Shown piece by piece: positions 9,833-19,131 of a stretch of DNA of 64,000 nt. The notes below the pieces were generated by a model. That model saw only the letters and a list, made by a program, of their open reading frames with translations, was not told the origin of the DNA and made no database searches. Origin of the DNA: Longimicrobiales bacterium. Lineage in GTDB: Bacteria; Gemmatimonadota; Gemmatimonadetes; Longimicrobiales; Gaopeijiaceae. The stretch is from contig OZ241892.1 of assembly GCA_965203485.1 (NCBI GenBank), forward strand, positions 160,001 through 224,000, read 5' to 3'. Each line of letters starts with the position of its first letter. The first letter of the stretch is position 1. A program made the position numbers and the translations under genes.

Positions 9833-11119
9833 TCACGTCCCTTCCTGCCGCGTCGCGGCCAGCGCCTGGTCCAGGTCCTCGACGATGTCGTCCACGTGCT
9901 CGATGCCGATCGACAGGCGCACCAAGTCCTCGGACACGCCGGAAGCCTCCAACTCTTCGGCCGACAGCTGGCGGTGCGTGGTCGTGGCCGGATGAGTCGC
10001 GAGCGACTTGGCGTCGCCGATGTTGACCAAGCGCGTGACCAAGCCGAGGGCATCGATGAAGCGCGCACCTGCCTCGCGTCCGCCCTTGATGCCGAAGCTG
10101 AGGATGCCCGCCGCCCGCCCGCCGCAGTACTTGTCCAGCAGCGGCTTTTCGGGACTGTCTTCGAGCGCCGCGTAGCGCACCCATTCGACCAGCGCATGCC
10201 GCCGCAGGTGTTCCGCAACCGCTAGCGCATTGTCGCAGATGCGCTCCATCCGCAGCGGTAGCGTCTCGAGCCCCTGAAGGGCGAGGAACGCGGTGTGGGG
10301 CGAGATGGCGGCCCCGATGTTGCGAAGGGGCACGACGCGGGCCCGGACGATGTAGGCGAGGTTGCCCACTGCTTCGGTGTAGACCACGCCGTGGTAGGAC
10401 ACGTCGGGCTCGTTCAGCCGGGGAAAGCGTTCGCTGTTGGCGACCCAGTCGAAGTTGCCCGAATCGACGATGGCGCCGCCGATGATGGTGCCGTGGCCGC
10501 CGATGTACTTCGTGACCGAGTGCACCACGATGTCGGCTCCATGTTCGATGGGCCGGCACAGATAGGGGCTGGGCACCGTGTTGTCGACGATTACCGGCAC
10601 GCCCTGGGCGTGGGCCGCTTCGACGATGCCGGCGACGTCGGCCACGTTGCCGGCCGGATTGCCGATCGATTCGCAGTACACGGCCTTCGTCCCGGCGTCG
10701 ATCCGGTCCGCGACGGCGCCGAGGTCGTTTGGCGGCACGAAGCGCGTCTCGATGCCGATTTGCGGCAGCGTGTGGGCGAAGAGGTTGTATGTCCCGCCGT
10801 AGAGCGTAGAGGCGCTGACGATGTTGTCGCCCGCCTCGGCGATGGTGAGGATTGCGTAAGTCGTGGCGGCCTGGCCGGAAGAAAGCGCGAGGGCGCCCAC
10901 GCCGCCTTCCATTGCAGCCAGACGATGCTCGAGCACCGCCTGGGTCGGATTCATGATCCGCGTATAGATGTTCCCCTCGACCTTGAGGTCGAACAAGTCC
11001 GCTCCGTGCTGAGTGTCGTCGAAGGCGTATGCGGTGGTCTGGTAGATCGGCACCGCCACGGCCTTGGTGGTGGGGTCCGGCTCGTAGCCGGCGTGAACTG
11101 CCTGCGTCTCGATTCGCAT
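9833..11119 (-). CDS. metY: O-acetylhomoserine aminocarboxypropyltransferase (sulfhydrylase), PLP-dependent
   Basis: [32 protein letters not shown]-lysine motif [31 protein letters not shown]. Confidence 0.93.
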   Translation of the reverse strand: MRIETQAVHAGYEPDPTTKAVAVPIYQTTAYAFDDTQHGADLFDLKVEGNIYTRIMNPTQAVLEHRLAAMEGGVGALALSSGQAATTYAILTIAEAGDNIVSASTLYGGTYNLFAHTLPQIGIETRFVPPNDLGAVADRIDAGTKAVYCESIGNPAGNVADVAGIVEAAHAQGVPVIVDNTVPSPYLCRPIEHGADIVVHSVTKYIGGHGTIIGGAIVDSGNFDWVANSERFPRLNEPDVSYHGVVYTEAVGNLAYIVRARVVPLRNIGAAISPHTAFLALQGLETLPLRMERICDNALAVAEHLRRHALVEWVRYAALEDSPEKPLLDKYCGGRAAGILSFGIKGGREAGARFIDALGLVTRLVNIGDAKSLATHPATTTHRQLSAEELEASGVSEDLVRLSIGIEHVDDIVEDLDQALAATRQEGT

Positions 11120-11457
11120 CGGTCTTCTCTCGGCGTTGCGAGGATGGAATGCACGGCCGGGCCCAGCGCCAAGCCGCGGAAAGGGGACGCGAAACGAACG
11201 GTCTCGCGACGAAGGGGGCGGGCCGGACGGCTCCGCCGGGAGGGCGCCGCCCCCGGAGGACGGCTGCGTCTTTCGGCCTCGCAGAGTCCGCTGCAAGCGT
11301 CCGGCCGACTCCCCCCGTGCCGACTCCCTTCTCGGAGCACGATCCAGGCGAAAGCCGAAGCCGGGCGCTTCGACGGCCGGGCGTAGTTCTCGCACCGCCC
11401 GCGAGGTCGGTGAAGTCTACAACGTTTTTTCCGCGGGCCAAGGGGAGCCCATGGGGC

Positions 11458-11554
11458 GCCTTCGGCCCGGCGCGCGTCTCCGAATGCGAGGCCCAATGCA
11501 AGTCGGCCGCGTGACGACAGGATGCCTTCGGCCCGGCGCGTCTCCGTCTGCGAG
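11458..11554. repeat. Imperfect direct repeat pair (31-33 bp)
   Basis: GCCTTCGGCCCGGCGCGCGTCTCCGAATGCGAG (11458-11490) and GCCTTCGGCCCGGCGCGTCTCCGTCTGCGAG (11524-11554). Confidence 0.7.
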
Positions 11555-11785
11555 CGTCGATTCCGGTATCCCTGGCGGCATCCAGCGCCGTAGGCTCCTC
11601 CCGGCGCGACGGACGCCTCCGAAGCTCCGGCCCGCGTTTGCCGGGCTGGCCCCGCTATGACCGTCTCTTTCCGTCCATCCGTGCCGCGGACGACTCCCCT
11701 GCCGCCGTTCGCGGCCGCCGGCCCGCTACGGCAGTCCCCTACGTTCGTGGGCGCAGTCAGCGCGGGCCCGCCGCCGGCCCGCGTG

Positions 11786-14700
11786 CTACGGCGGTCCCTC
11801 TCCCCCCGGCAGCGGGTCGAAGCCCGCGGCCGCCAGTGCGCGCCGGTAGGCTTCGACCGGGCCGCTCATGACGTCGGCGAGGGCGGCCTCCAGCTCGGCG
11901 AGCGCCTCGGCGGCCTGAGCCATGGCCAAGCGGTCGGTGGCGGACGGGGCGCCGTGCGCGCTGTTGAGCTTGCGCAGAGGAGCGCGGACCCGCGCGGCCA
12001 GCGTGGCGCCGCGGCAGATGCCTTGGCACTCGGGGCCGGCGAAGAGGCGCCGGTTCAGGTCCGCCAGCTCGCGGCTCAGGTCTTCCCCCTGCCGGCGCAG
12101 CTCCGCCGTGTCGTCTCCCGGCGAGAGCGACGCAAGGACGCGCTCCACGGCCGCCGTCATGTCGGACAGGCGGCGGGACGCGCGCGCGACGGCCCGGCTC
12201 CACCGGGCCGCCTCGAGTTGCGCATCGAGCCGCAAGCGGCGGTCGGCGCCGGAAACATCGAGCCGCGGGTCGGCCACGACCTCAACGATCCCCTCGGCGG
12301 ACCGGTCCGCGACTTCGACCCGCACTCGGTACGAGCCCGGCAGGACCCAAGGTCCGGGCGGCGACTCCGGCCCCGGTCCAACTTGCATGGGCTCGGCGGC
12401 TCCCCCCCGCGCGGCGACGTCGCCGGGCATGGCCATGCGCAGGTCCCACACCACGCGGTTGAGCCCTCTGTCTGCGCTTCCCCGCAGGACGCGCAACTCC
12501 GCGCCCGAGGCGTCGAGGACGACGACTCGCGCTCGCGCGCCTGCCCCTGGCAGTTCGTCCTCTACGGCGCCCAGCGACGCTCGATCCGCATCCGGCCCTG
12601 CCGTCGCTCCGCCTGTTGCGCCGCCGCTCTCCTCTCTCCCGTCTCCGCCCTCCGCCATCCAGTAATGGATCAGCGCCCCGAATGGTCGCAGGTCGCCCAT
12701 GAACATTGCGTGTCCGGTCGATCTGTAGCCCTGCGCCTCGGCCTCGACGTACTGAACTGCCGGGGCTGCCGGAAAGATCCGCAGGGGGTCCGCGGCCACC
12801 GAGGGATCCGCGGCCAGCGCGCGCAAAGGGCGCACGTCGTCGATCACGTAGGCCGCGCGTCCGTGCGTGCCGACGACCAAGTCGTGATCGCGGGGATGCA
12901 CGACCAAAGCGCGAACCGGCGCCGGAGGGACGCCGTTGGCCCACGCCGCCCACGATGCGCCCCGGTCCAAGCTCGCGAAGAGGCCGAACTCCGTGCCCAG
13001 GAAGAGCAGATTGGGTTCCACGGGATCTTCCTCGATCACGTGCACGAACCCGCGGACGTCCCCGGTGGCCAGCGAACGCCAGCTCCGTCCGTAGTCCTCC
13101 GTGCGGTAGACGTACGGCGTCCAGTTGCCGCGGCGGTGGTCGTCGTAGATCAAGTAGGCGGACGCCGGATCGTGCTTCGACGGCTCCACGTGGGGCGCCC
13201 ACGTGGCGGGAGGCACGTCCGGCACGCGGTCGCCCACGTTGGTCCAGGTCGCTCCGTCGTCGCGCGTCACCTGAATGTTGCCGTCGTCGGTGGAGACCCA
13301 GATGAGCCCGCGCTCGACCGGGCTCGGCGCGATGCTCAGAATGGTCGTGTGGTTCTCAGCCCCGGTCGCGTCCAGCGACAGGCCGCCGCTCTGTTCTTGC
13401 CGCTGCTTTTCCGGGTCGTCGGTCGTGAGGTCCGGGGAGACGATCTCCCAAGTGGCTCCGTCGTCGCGCGACCGGTGCACGAATTGCGAGCCCAGATAGA
13501 TGGTGGCGGAATCGAAGGGATCGACGTTGAGAGCCGCGTTCCAGCTGAAGCGCAACGTCGTGCCGGCTGGGTGGACGGGCTTGATGTCGCGCCTTGCGCC
13601 CGTGGTCTTGTCGAAGCGCATCAGGTTGCCCTGCTGCGACATGGAGTAGCCGTAGCGCTCGTCGCGGAAGTCCGGCAGGGTGGCGAAGCCGTCGCCGCTG
13701 CCCACCCGCGTCCAGTGCAGGTTCATGATGCCGCGCTGAGCCCACACGGTGCTGGGGCCGAACCAGGAGCCGTTGTCCTGGAGCCCTCCGTAGACGTTGA
13801 AGGGCATGGCCATGTCCACGTTGACGTGGTAGAACTGGGCCAGCGGCAGGTTCTCGACGAAGCGCCAGCTCGCGCCGCGGTCGCGGGTCACCGCGATGCC
13901 GCCGTCCTCGCCCAGAATCATGAAGCGGCCGTCGTCCGGGTGAATCCAGAGCTCGTGGATGTCCCCGTGCACGATCCGGCTCGGCACCACAGTGCGGAAC
14001 GACCGCCCGGCGTCTTCGCTGACCTGAATCGTGCCGTGCAGGCTGTAGATGCGGTTCTCGTTCGCTGGATCGACGCGAATGTCCGCGTAGTAGAACGGCC
14101 TCGGGGCGATGCCCCGCCTGTCGTTGGCGGTGCGCCAGCTCGCGCCCCCGTCGTCCGAACGCAGGAGTTCGCTGCGCTCCGCCTCCACGAGCGCGTAGAC
14201 GACGTCCGGGTCGGAGCGGGACACGGCGACGCCGATGCGGCCCAGATCGCCCTCCGGCAACCCGTGCTCGGGGCCCAGCCGGGTCCAAGCGCCGCCGCCG
14301 TCGCGGGTTGCGAACAGACCGCTTCCCGGCCCGCCCGAGCGAAAGAACCAGGGCCAGCGCCGGAACGACCACATCGCCGCAAACAGCTTGTCCGGGTTGG
14401 AGGGGTCCATGACCAGATCGGCCGCTCCGGTTCCCTCGTCCACGTAGAGCACGCGGTCCCACGTCTCGCCCCCGTCCGTCGTCTTGTACACGCCGCGCTG
14501 GTCTCCGTCGCTCCACGCCGGCCCCATCGCGCCCACGTACACGGTGCGCGGATCCTGCGGGTGAATCAGCACCCGGTGAATCCGCTCCGACTCGGCGAGC
14601 CCCATGTGGCGCCAGGTGTCGCCCCCGTCCAGGCTCCGGTAGACCCCGGCGCCCACGCCGGCGGAGTTGCGCGGGTTTCCCTCTCCCGTCCCGACCCAGA

Positions 14701-15133
14701 CGACGTCCGGGTTCGACTCCGACACGGCCACCGCGCCGATTCCCAGCACCGGTTGGTCGTCGAACACCGGTTGCCATTCCAGCCCGCCGTCCCGCGAGCG
14801 CCAGACGCCTCCCGTGGCCGCGCCGACGTACATGATCGTCGGGTCCTTCAGGTTGACGGCGACGGCCGACACGCGCCCGCTCATCCCCGCCGGTCCGATG
14901 CTGCGCGCCCTCATCGGTCCGAAGTCCGACGCGGAGACCTGTCGTTGGGCCGGAGCCCGAATCACGGAGGCCGCGGAGGCCGAGCCGAGCGTGGCGGGGA
15001 CGTTGCTGGTCGCGGCCGCGGCCCACTGAGGCGTCGCCAAGAGGACCGCAAGGAGCGACGGCCAGAGGACGCGGCGACGGGATGCGGCGGGGAGTGCGAG
15101 GCGTTGGTGCGGCGAGGTGTTCGCGTTGGTCAT
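11786..15133 (-). CDS. Secreted BNR/Asp-box (VPS10/sortilin-like) beta-propeller protein, glycosyl hydrolase-like
   Basis: Signal peptide; RSIGPAGMSGRV; repeated Asp-boxes (SRDGGLEW, SLDGGDTW, TTDGGETW, SDDGGASW, TRDDGATW); GTHGR motif. Confidence 0.88.
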   Translation of the reverse strand: MTNANTSPHQRLALPAASRRRVLWPSLLAVLLATPQWAAAATSNVPATLGSASAASVIRAPAQRQVSASDFGPMRARSIGPAGMSGRVSAVAVNLKDPTIMYVGAATGGVWRSRDGGLEWQPVFDDQPVLGIGAVAVSESNPDVVWVGTGEGNPRNSAGVGAGVYRSLDGGDTWRHMGLAESERIHRVLIHPQDPRTVYVGAMGPAWSDGDQRGVYKTTDGGETWDRVLYVDEGTGAADLVMDPSNPDKLFAAMWSFRRWPWFFRSGGPGSGLFATRDGGGAWTRLGPEHGLPEGDLGRIGVAVSRSDPDVVYALVEAERSELLRSDDGGASWRTANDRRGIAPRPFYYADIRVDPANENRIYSLHGTIQVSEDAGRSFRTVVPSRIVHGDIHELWIHPDDGRFMILGEDGGIAVTRDRGASWRFVENLPLAQFYHVNVDMAMPFNVYGGLQDNGSWFGPSTVWAQRGIMNLHWTRVGSGDGFATLPDFRDERYGYSMSQQGNLMRFDKTTGARRDIKPVHPAGTTLRFSWNAALNVDPFDSATIYLGSQFVHRSRDDGATWEIVSPDLTTDDPEKQRQEQSGGLSLDATGAENHTTILSIAPSPVERGLIWVSTDDGNIQVTRDDGATWTNVGDRVPDVPPATWAPHVEPSKHDPASAYLIYDDHRRGNWTPYVYRTEDYGRSWRSLATGDVRGFVHVIEEDPVEPNLLFLGTEFGLFASLDRGASWAAWANGVPPAPVRALVVHPRDHDLVVGTHGRAAYVIDDVRPLRALAADPSVAADPLRIFPAAPAVQYVEAEAQGYRSTGHAMFMGDLRPFGALIHYWMAEGGDGREESGGATGGATAGPDADRASLGAVEDELPGAGARARVVVLDASGAELRVLRGSADRGLNRVVWDLRMAMPGDVAARGGAAEPMQVGPGPESPPGPWVLPGSYRVRVEVADRSAEGIVEVVADPRLDVSGADRRLRLDAQLEAARWSRAVARASRRLSDMTAAVERVLASLSPGDDTAELRRQGEDLSRELADLNRRLFAGPECQGICRGATLAARVRAPLRKLNSAHGAPSATDRLAMAQAAEALAELEAALADVMSGPVEAYRRALAAAGFDPLPGGEGPP

Positions 15134-15254
15134 GTCGGGGCGGGCGTGTTTGCGTATCGGAAGCTGGGTCGCGAGGCGTTTCGGCGAGCCTCCGTGCTCG
15201 GGGTGCGTCGCGCGGGCGGCGGCGGAATGGCTGGAATAGGCGGGCGGGTTCCTT

Positions 15255-15456
15255 GGCGGTCAAGCCGTGCGCGCCAGGGCGGCGGCCGCCCGGAGGTGCG
15301 TCTCCGGGGCCGTCGGGCGGTCAAGTGGTGCGCCGGCCGGGCGGCGGCAGGCGTGCTGGCGGCGGTCGGCCGGGAGCGTGGTCGAGCCGTGCGCGCGCAG
15401 GCCGCCCAGGCCGCCCTGACGGGTCAAGCGGTGCGCGCCAAGGCCGGCGGTTGCCC
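15255..15456. repeat. Four degenerate direct repeats, core GGTC(A/G)AG(C/T)(C/G)GTGCGC
   Basis: Cores begin at 15258, 15319, 15380 and 15422 (spacings 61, 61, 42 bp) in a divergent intergenic region. Confidence 0.6.
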
Positions 15457-15529
15457 TTGACGGCGCGAGTCCAGCGCGGCGTGGGCGAGGCTGTCGGCGG
15501 GGCGTCGTCGTCGGCGCTTGGGAGGCCTG

Positions 15530-15555
15530 GGAACCTTTCGGGGGCCTGCGGTGTA
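15530..15555 (+). promoter_or_regulatory. Putative ECF-sigma promoter GGAAC-N17-TGTA
   Basis: Resembles the AAC...CGT ECF consensus; a parallel motif precedes the paralogous gene. Confidence 0.4.
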
Positions 15556-15672
15556 TCACAGTACGGCGGGCGGCGGCGCGGAGCCGCTGTCCGCGCAAGA
15601 GTCCGGGACGGGAGCCGGCGCACGCGGCGCCGGACAGCGCCTCCCGGCGAGCCTCATCGAGGAGAGAGACGG

Positions 15673-16188
15673 ATGAAGTGCACGACAGGCGGTACTGGAC
15701 GGGTCGGCGCCTGGATCGCGGCGGCGGCGGTGGCGGTCGCCGCGCCGCTGGGCGCGCAGGAAGGCGGGTCCGCGCGGATCGCCGACATCGAGAAGATCGA
15801 GGCGGCGGCCGCCAAGCAGCTGGCGAGCGACGGCGACTGGAGCCGCGCCGCGGCGCTGTTCCGCGAGGCGGCCGGGTTGCGGCCTGCGGGCGACGCGACG
15901 GCGGTGGCGGACCTGCTGCGGGCGGGGCGGATCGCGTTCTACGAGGGCCGCGAGCGGCAGGCGGTGCGCGACTTCGAGGCGGCGGGCGAGCGGGCGCTCG
16001 AGCGCGGCGACGTGATCGGGGCGGCCGACGCGTTCACCGACGCGGCATGGGTGGCGCGGGCCGACGGCCGGCGCGCCGAGGCGAACGCGTTGCTGGCGAG
16101 GGCGCAGCTGCTCGCGAACTCGCCGTTGCTCGAGCGCGGCGCGCGCGACCGGTTGCGGGCGAGATGGGGGGTGGCCGGCGCGCTGTAG
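15673..16188 (+). CDS. Secreted alpha-helical (TPR-like) hypothetical protein, paralog A
   Basis: GA-rich RBS then ATG 15673; signal peptide ending APLGA-Q; Ala-rich helical pattern; paralog downstream. Confidence 0.8.
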   Translation: MKCTTGGTGRVGAWIAAAAVAVAAPLGAQEGGSARIADIEKIEAAAAKQLASDGDWSRAAALFREAAGLRPAGDATAVADLLRAGRIAFYEGRERQAVRDFEAAGERALERGDVIGAADAFTDAAWVARADGRRAEANALLARAQLLANSPLLERGARDRLRARWGVAGAL

Positions 16189-16217
16189 AGGGCCGGGAGC
16201 GCCGCGGGCGGGCGGGC

Positions 16218-16243
16218 GAAACTCTTGCGGCGCTTGCGGCGTA
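16218..16243 (+). promoter_or_regulatory. Putative ECF-sigma promoter GAAAC-N17-CGTA
   Basis: Same geometry as 15530-15555, also with TGCGG just before the -10 element. Confidence 0.45.
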
Positions 16244-16370
16244 GTTCTTCGGCAGGCGGAGCGGCCCGGCTCCTCGAGGGGCCGGGCGGCCCGCCGGCTT
16301 CCGGGCAGGCGAGCCGACCAACAAGGCGCTCGGGAGACACTGATCATGCATTCCGAGGAGAAGCACACCG

Positions 16371-16874
16371 ATGAAGAGCACCACTGGATGGATTCGCGCC
16401 GGGCTGGCCGTGCTGGCGCTGACGGTCGCGGCGCCGCTGGCGGCGCAGAACGGCGGGACGCCGGCGGGCGAGATCGAGAAGATCGAGGCGAAGGCGGCGA
16501 AGGAGCTGGACGAGGGGGGCAACTGGGGCCGGGCGGCGTCGTTGTTCCGGCGGGCGGCCGAGTTGCGGCCTGCGGGCGACGCGACGGCGGTGTCGGACTT
16601 GCTGCGGGCCGGGCGGCTCGCGTTCTACGAGGGGCACGAGCGGCAGGCGGTGCGCGACTTCGAGGCGGCGGGCGAGCGGGCGCTCGAGCGCGGCGACGTG
16701 ATCGCGGCGGCCAACGCGTTCGCCGACGCGGCGTGGGTGGCCGAGGCGGACGGGGACGGCGCGAAGGCCGGCGAGCTGCTGGCGCGCGCGCGGCTCTTGG
16801 CGAACTCGCCGTTGCTGGGCGAGGGCGCCCGCAACCAGCTGAGGACGAGGTGGGAGGTGGCCGGCATCCAGTAG
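16371..16874 (+). CDS. Secreted alpha-helical (TPR-like) hypothetical protein, paralog B
   Basis: GAGGAG RBS; signal peptide ending APLAA-Q; shares a 68-bp identical block with paralog A. Confidence 0.82.
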   Translation: MKSTTGWIRAGLAVLALTVAAPLAAQNGGTPAGEIEKIEAKAAKELDEGGNWGRAASLFRRAAELRPAGDATAVSDLLRAGRLAFYEGHERQAVRDFEAAGERALERGDVIAAANAFADAAWVAEADGDGAKAGELLARARLLANSPLLGEGARNQLRTRWEVAGIQ

Positions 16875-16936
16875 GAGGCCGGGGGGAGGGGCCGCCGGGC
16901 CGCGGCCCTCGGGCCCGGCCCGGCGGATTCCCGTTC

Positions 16937-16978
16937 GGCGGGGCGTCTCCCCAGCGGAGGCGCCCCGCCTTCTTCTTT
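16937..16978 (+). terminator. Intrinsic (Rho-independent) terminator
   Basis: GGCGGGGCGTCTCC-CCAGC-GGAGGCGCCCCGCC stem-loop followed by TTCTTCTTT, downstream of paralog B. Confidence 0.75.
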
Positions 16979-17250
16979 GTCGCGAGCGCGGCGGGGCCCG
17001 CGCCTGGAGCGCGCAGGCGGCCGACGACTGCGAGACGACCGCGCGGCGGCGTGCACGGGCTACCCGCAGCTGCCTTGGCAGAAGCAGGCCGGCCAGCGTC
17101 CCGCCCAGCCCCGCTCCGCGCCAGGAAGCGTCGTCCAGCTCGGCGATCCTTGGCCGTCCAGCCGCCTGCGGCGTATCTTTGCCAATCTCCACGCGCATCG
17201 TGCGCAAAGCGCAACGATTAGGAACGACTCCGAAGGGAGCGACAGACCAG

Positions 17251-18063
17251 ATGTCCGACACGCCGAATGGGCGGTTCTGCTGGTACGAGCTGATGACAAC
17301 GGATCCGGAAGCGGCTCAGGCATTCTACACGCGGGTGGCCGGCTGGACCACCGAGCTCTGGGAGGGAAGCGAGAAGCCCTACACGATGTGGATGAACGGC
17401 GAGACGCCGGTGGGCGGCGTGATGGCCCTCCCCGACGAAGCGGCCGAGGACGGTGCGCCGCCGTGCTGGCTGGGATACGTCTCCACGCCGGGAGCGGACG
17501 CCGCCGTCGAGAAGGCGAAGGGCATGGACGGCAAGCTCCTCCATTCGATGGACATCCCGCAGGTCGGGCGCATCGCCGTCCTGGCCGACCCCACCGGCGG
17601 GGTGCTTTCGCTCCTCCAGCCGAAGGCCGACACGCCGGGCCACGACGATTTCGCGCGGGTCGGCGAGTTCTCGTGGCACGAGCTGGCCACCCGCGACTGG
17701 AAGGCGGCCTGGTCGTTCTACTCCGACATGTTCGGCTGGCAGGAAGCCCATCAGATGGACATGGGCGAGATGGGCACGTATCAGATGTTCGGGCGCGGCG
17801 CCCATCCGCTGGGCGGGATGTTCAACGGCCCGGAGGAGATGCCGGTGGGATGGTTGTTCTACATCCGCGTGCCGGACGCGAACGCGACGGCGAAGCTCGT
17901 GGAGGAGTTGGGCGGAACCGTGCTGAACGGTCCCATGACAGTGCCGGGAGGCGATCTCGTGGCGCAGTGCAAGGACCCGCAGGGCGTCGCCTTCGCTGTC
18001 CATTCGACCGCGCCGGAGCAGGCGGACGCGAGCGAGGATTGCGCGAACGGCAAGCCGTCGTAG
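17251..18063 (+). CDS. VOC family protein (two-domain glyoxalase/bleomycin resistance)
   Basis: Duplicated GRFCWYELMT / GEFSWHELAT ... DPTGG / DPQGVAF modules. Confidence 0.9.
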   Translation: MSDTPNGRFCWYELMTTDPEAAQAFYTRVAGWTTELWEGSEKPYTMWMNGETPVGGVMALPDEAAEDGAPPCWLGYVSTPGADAAVEKAKGMDGKLLHSMDIPQVGRIAVLADPTGGVLSLLQPKADTPGHDDFARVGEFSWHELATRDWKAAWSFYSDMFGWQEAHQMDMGEMGTYQMFGRGAHPLGGMFNGPEEMPVGWLFYIRVPDANATAKLVEELGGTVLNGPMTVPGGDLVAQCKDPQGVAFAVHSTAPEQADASEDCANGKPS

Positions 18064-18066
18064 CCG

Positions 18067-19131
18067 TCAGGCCACGTCGATCGACTCGTCCAGGAAGACG
18101 TCCTGGACGAGGTTGAGCAGCTGCACGCCCTCGGCCATGGGGCGCTGAAACGCCTTGCGGCCCGAGATCAGTCCCATCCCCCCGGCCCGCTTGTTGATCA
18201 CGGCAGTGCGCGCCGCCTGGGCGAAGTCGTCGGCCCCGCTCGATCCGCCCGAGTTGATGAGGCCGGCCCTTCCCATGTAGCAGTTGGCCACTTGGTAGCG
18301 CGTCATCTCGATGGGATGCGCTCCGGGCGTCAGTTCCTCGTAAACGCGGGGGTGCGTTCGGCCGAACCCCAGCGCTCCGAATCCGCCGTCCACTTCGGGT
18401 TGCTTCTGCTTGATGATGTCGGCCTGGATGGTGGCGCCCAGGTGATTGGCTTGGCCGGTCAGGTCCGCGGCGGCGTGGTAGTCCGTTCCGTCCTTCTTGA
18501 ACGCACTGTTGCGCAGATAGCACCACAGCACCGTGACCATGCCCAGCTCGTGGGCCATCTGGAACGCCTCCGAGACCTCCTGCAGCTGCCGCGATCCCTC
18601 CTCCGATCCGAAGTAGATCGTGGCGCCGACCGCGGCCGCTCCCAGGTCCCATGCCTGCCGCACTCCGGCGAACATGACTTGGTCGTAGCGGTTGGGGTGC
18701 GTGAGCAGCTCGTTGTGGTTGAGCTTGACCAGGAAGGGAATCCTGTGCGCGTACGCCCGCGAGCACGCCCCGAGGACGCCAACCGTAGACGCGACCGCGT
18801 TGCATCCGCCCTCGATCGCCAGTTCGACGATCTTGGCCGGATCGAAGTAGGCCGGATTCGGAGCGAACGACGCGCCGGCGGAGTGCTCGATCCCCTGGTC
18901 CACGGGCAGGACCGACACGTAGCCGGTGCCGCCCAGCCGCCCGTGGCCGAGGATCTGCTGAAGGCTCCGCAACACCTGCGGACTGCGGTCCGTTGCGGCC
19001 ACGATGCGGTCCACGAAGTCGGGCCCGGGAAGATGCAGGTCCTCCTTGGGGAATCCACGCGCGCGGTATTCGAGAAGATCGCCGGCCTCGTCGCCGAGCA
19101 GCGTCCGCACGCGGTCCGCGGTGGCGGTCAT
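18067..19131 (-). CDS. fbaB: Class I fructose-bisphosphate aldolase (DhnA/FbaB type)
   Basis: [50 protein letters not shown]; start overlaps the upstream stop (ATGA). Confidence 0.95.
   Translation of the reverse strand: MTATADRVRTLLGDEAGDLLEYRARGFPKEDLHLPGPDFVDRIVAATDRSPQVLRSLQQILGHGRLGGTGYVSVLPVDQGIEHSAGASFAPNPAYFDPAKIVELAIEGGCNAVASTVGVLGACSRAYAHRIPFLVKLNHNELLTHPNRYDQVMFAGVRQAWDLGAAAVGATIYFGSEEGSRQLQEVSEAFQMAHELGMVTVLWCYLRNSAFKKDGTDYHAAADLTGQANHLGATIQADIIKQKQPEVDGGFGALGFGRTHPRVYEELTPGAHPIEMTRYQVANCYMGRAGLINSGGSSGADDFAQAARTAVINKRAGGMGLISGRKAFQRPMAEGVQLLNLVQDVFLDESIDVA

Noticed and set aside
11120..11785. SAM riboswitch or ribozyme upstream of metY
   Set aside because: No SAM-I core sequence could be recognised, and a CTGCGAGGCCGAAAG stretch on the minus strand only superficially resembles a hammerhead core; a covariance search is needed.
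15255..15456. CRISPR array call based on the 61-bp period
   Set aside because: Repeats are too degenerate, not palindromic, the last spacing is irregular and no cas genes are present; kept only as an unexplained repeat.
11657..15460. 1267-aa plus-strand ORF
   Set aside because: Antisense shadow of the BNR protein gene; long stop-free antisense frames are expected at this GC content.
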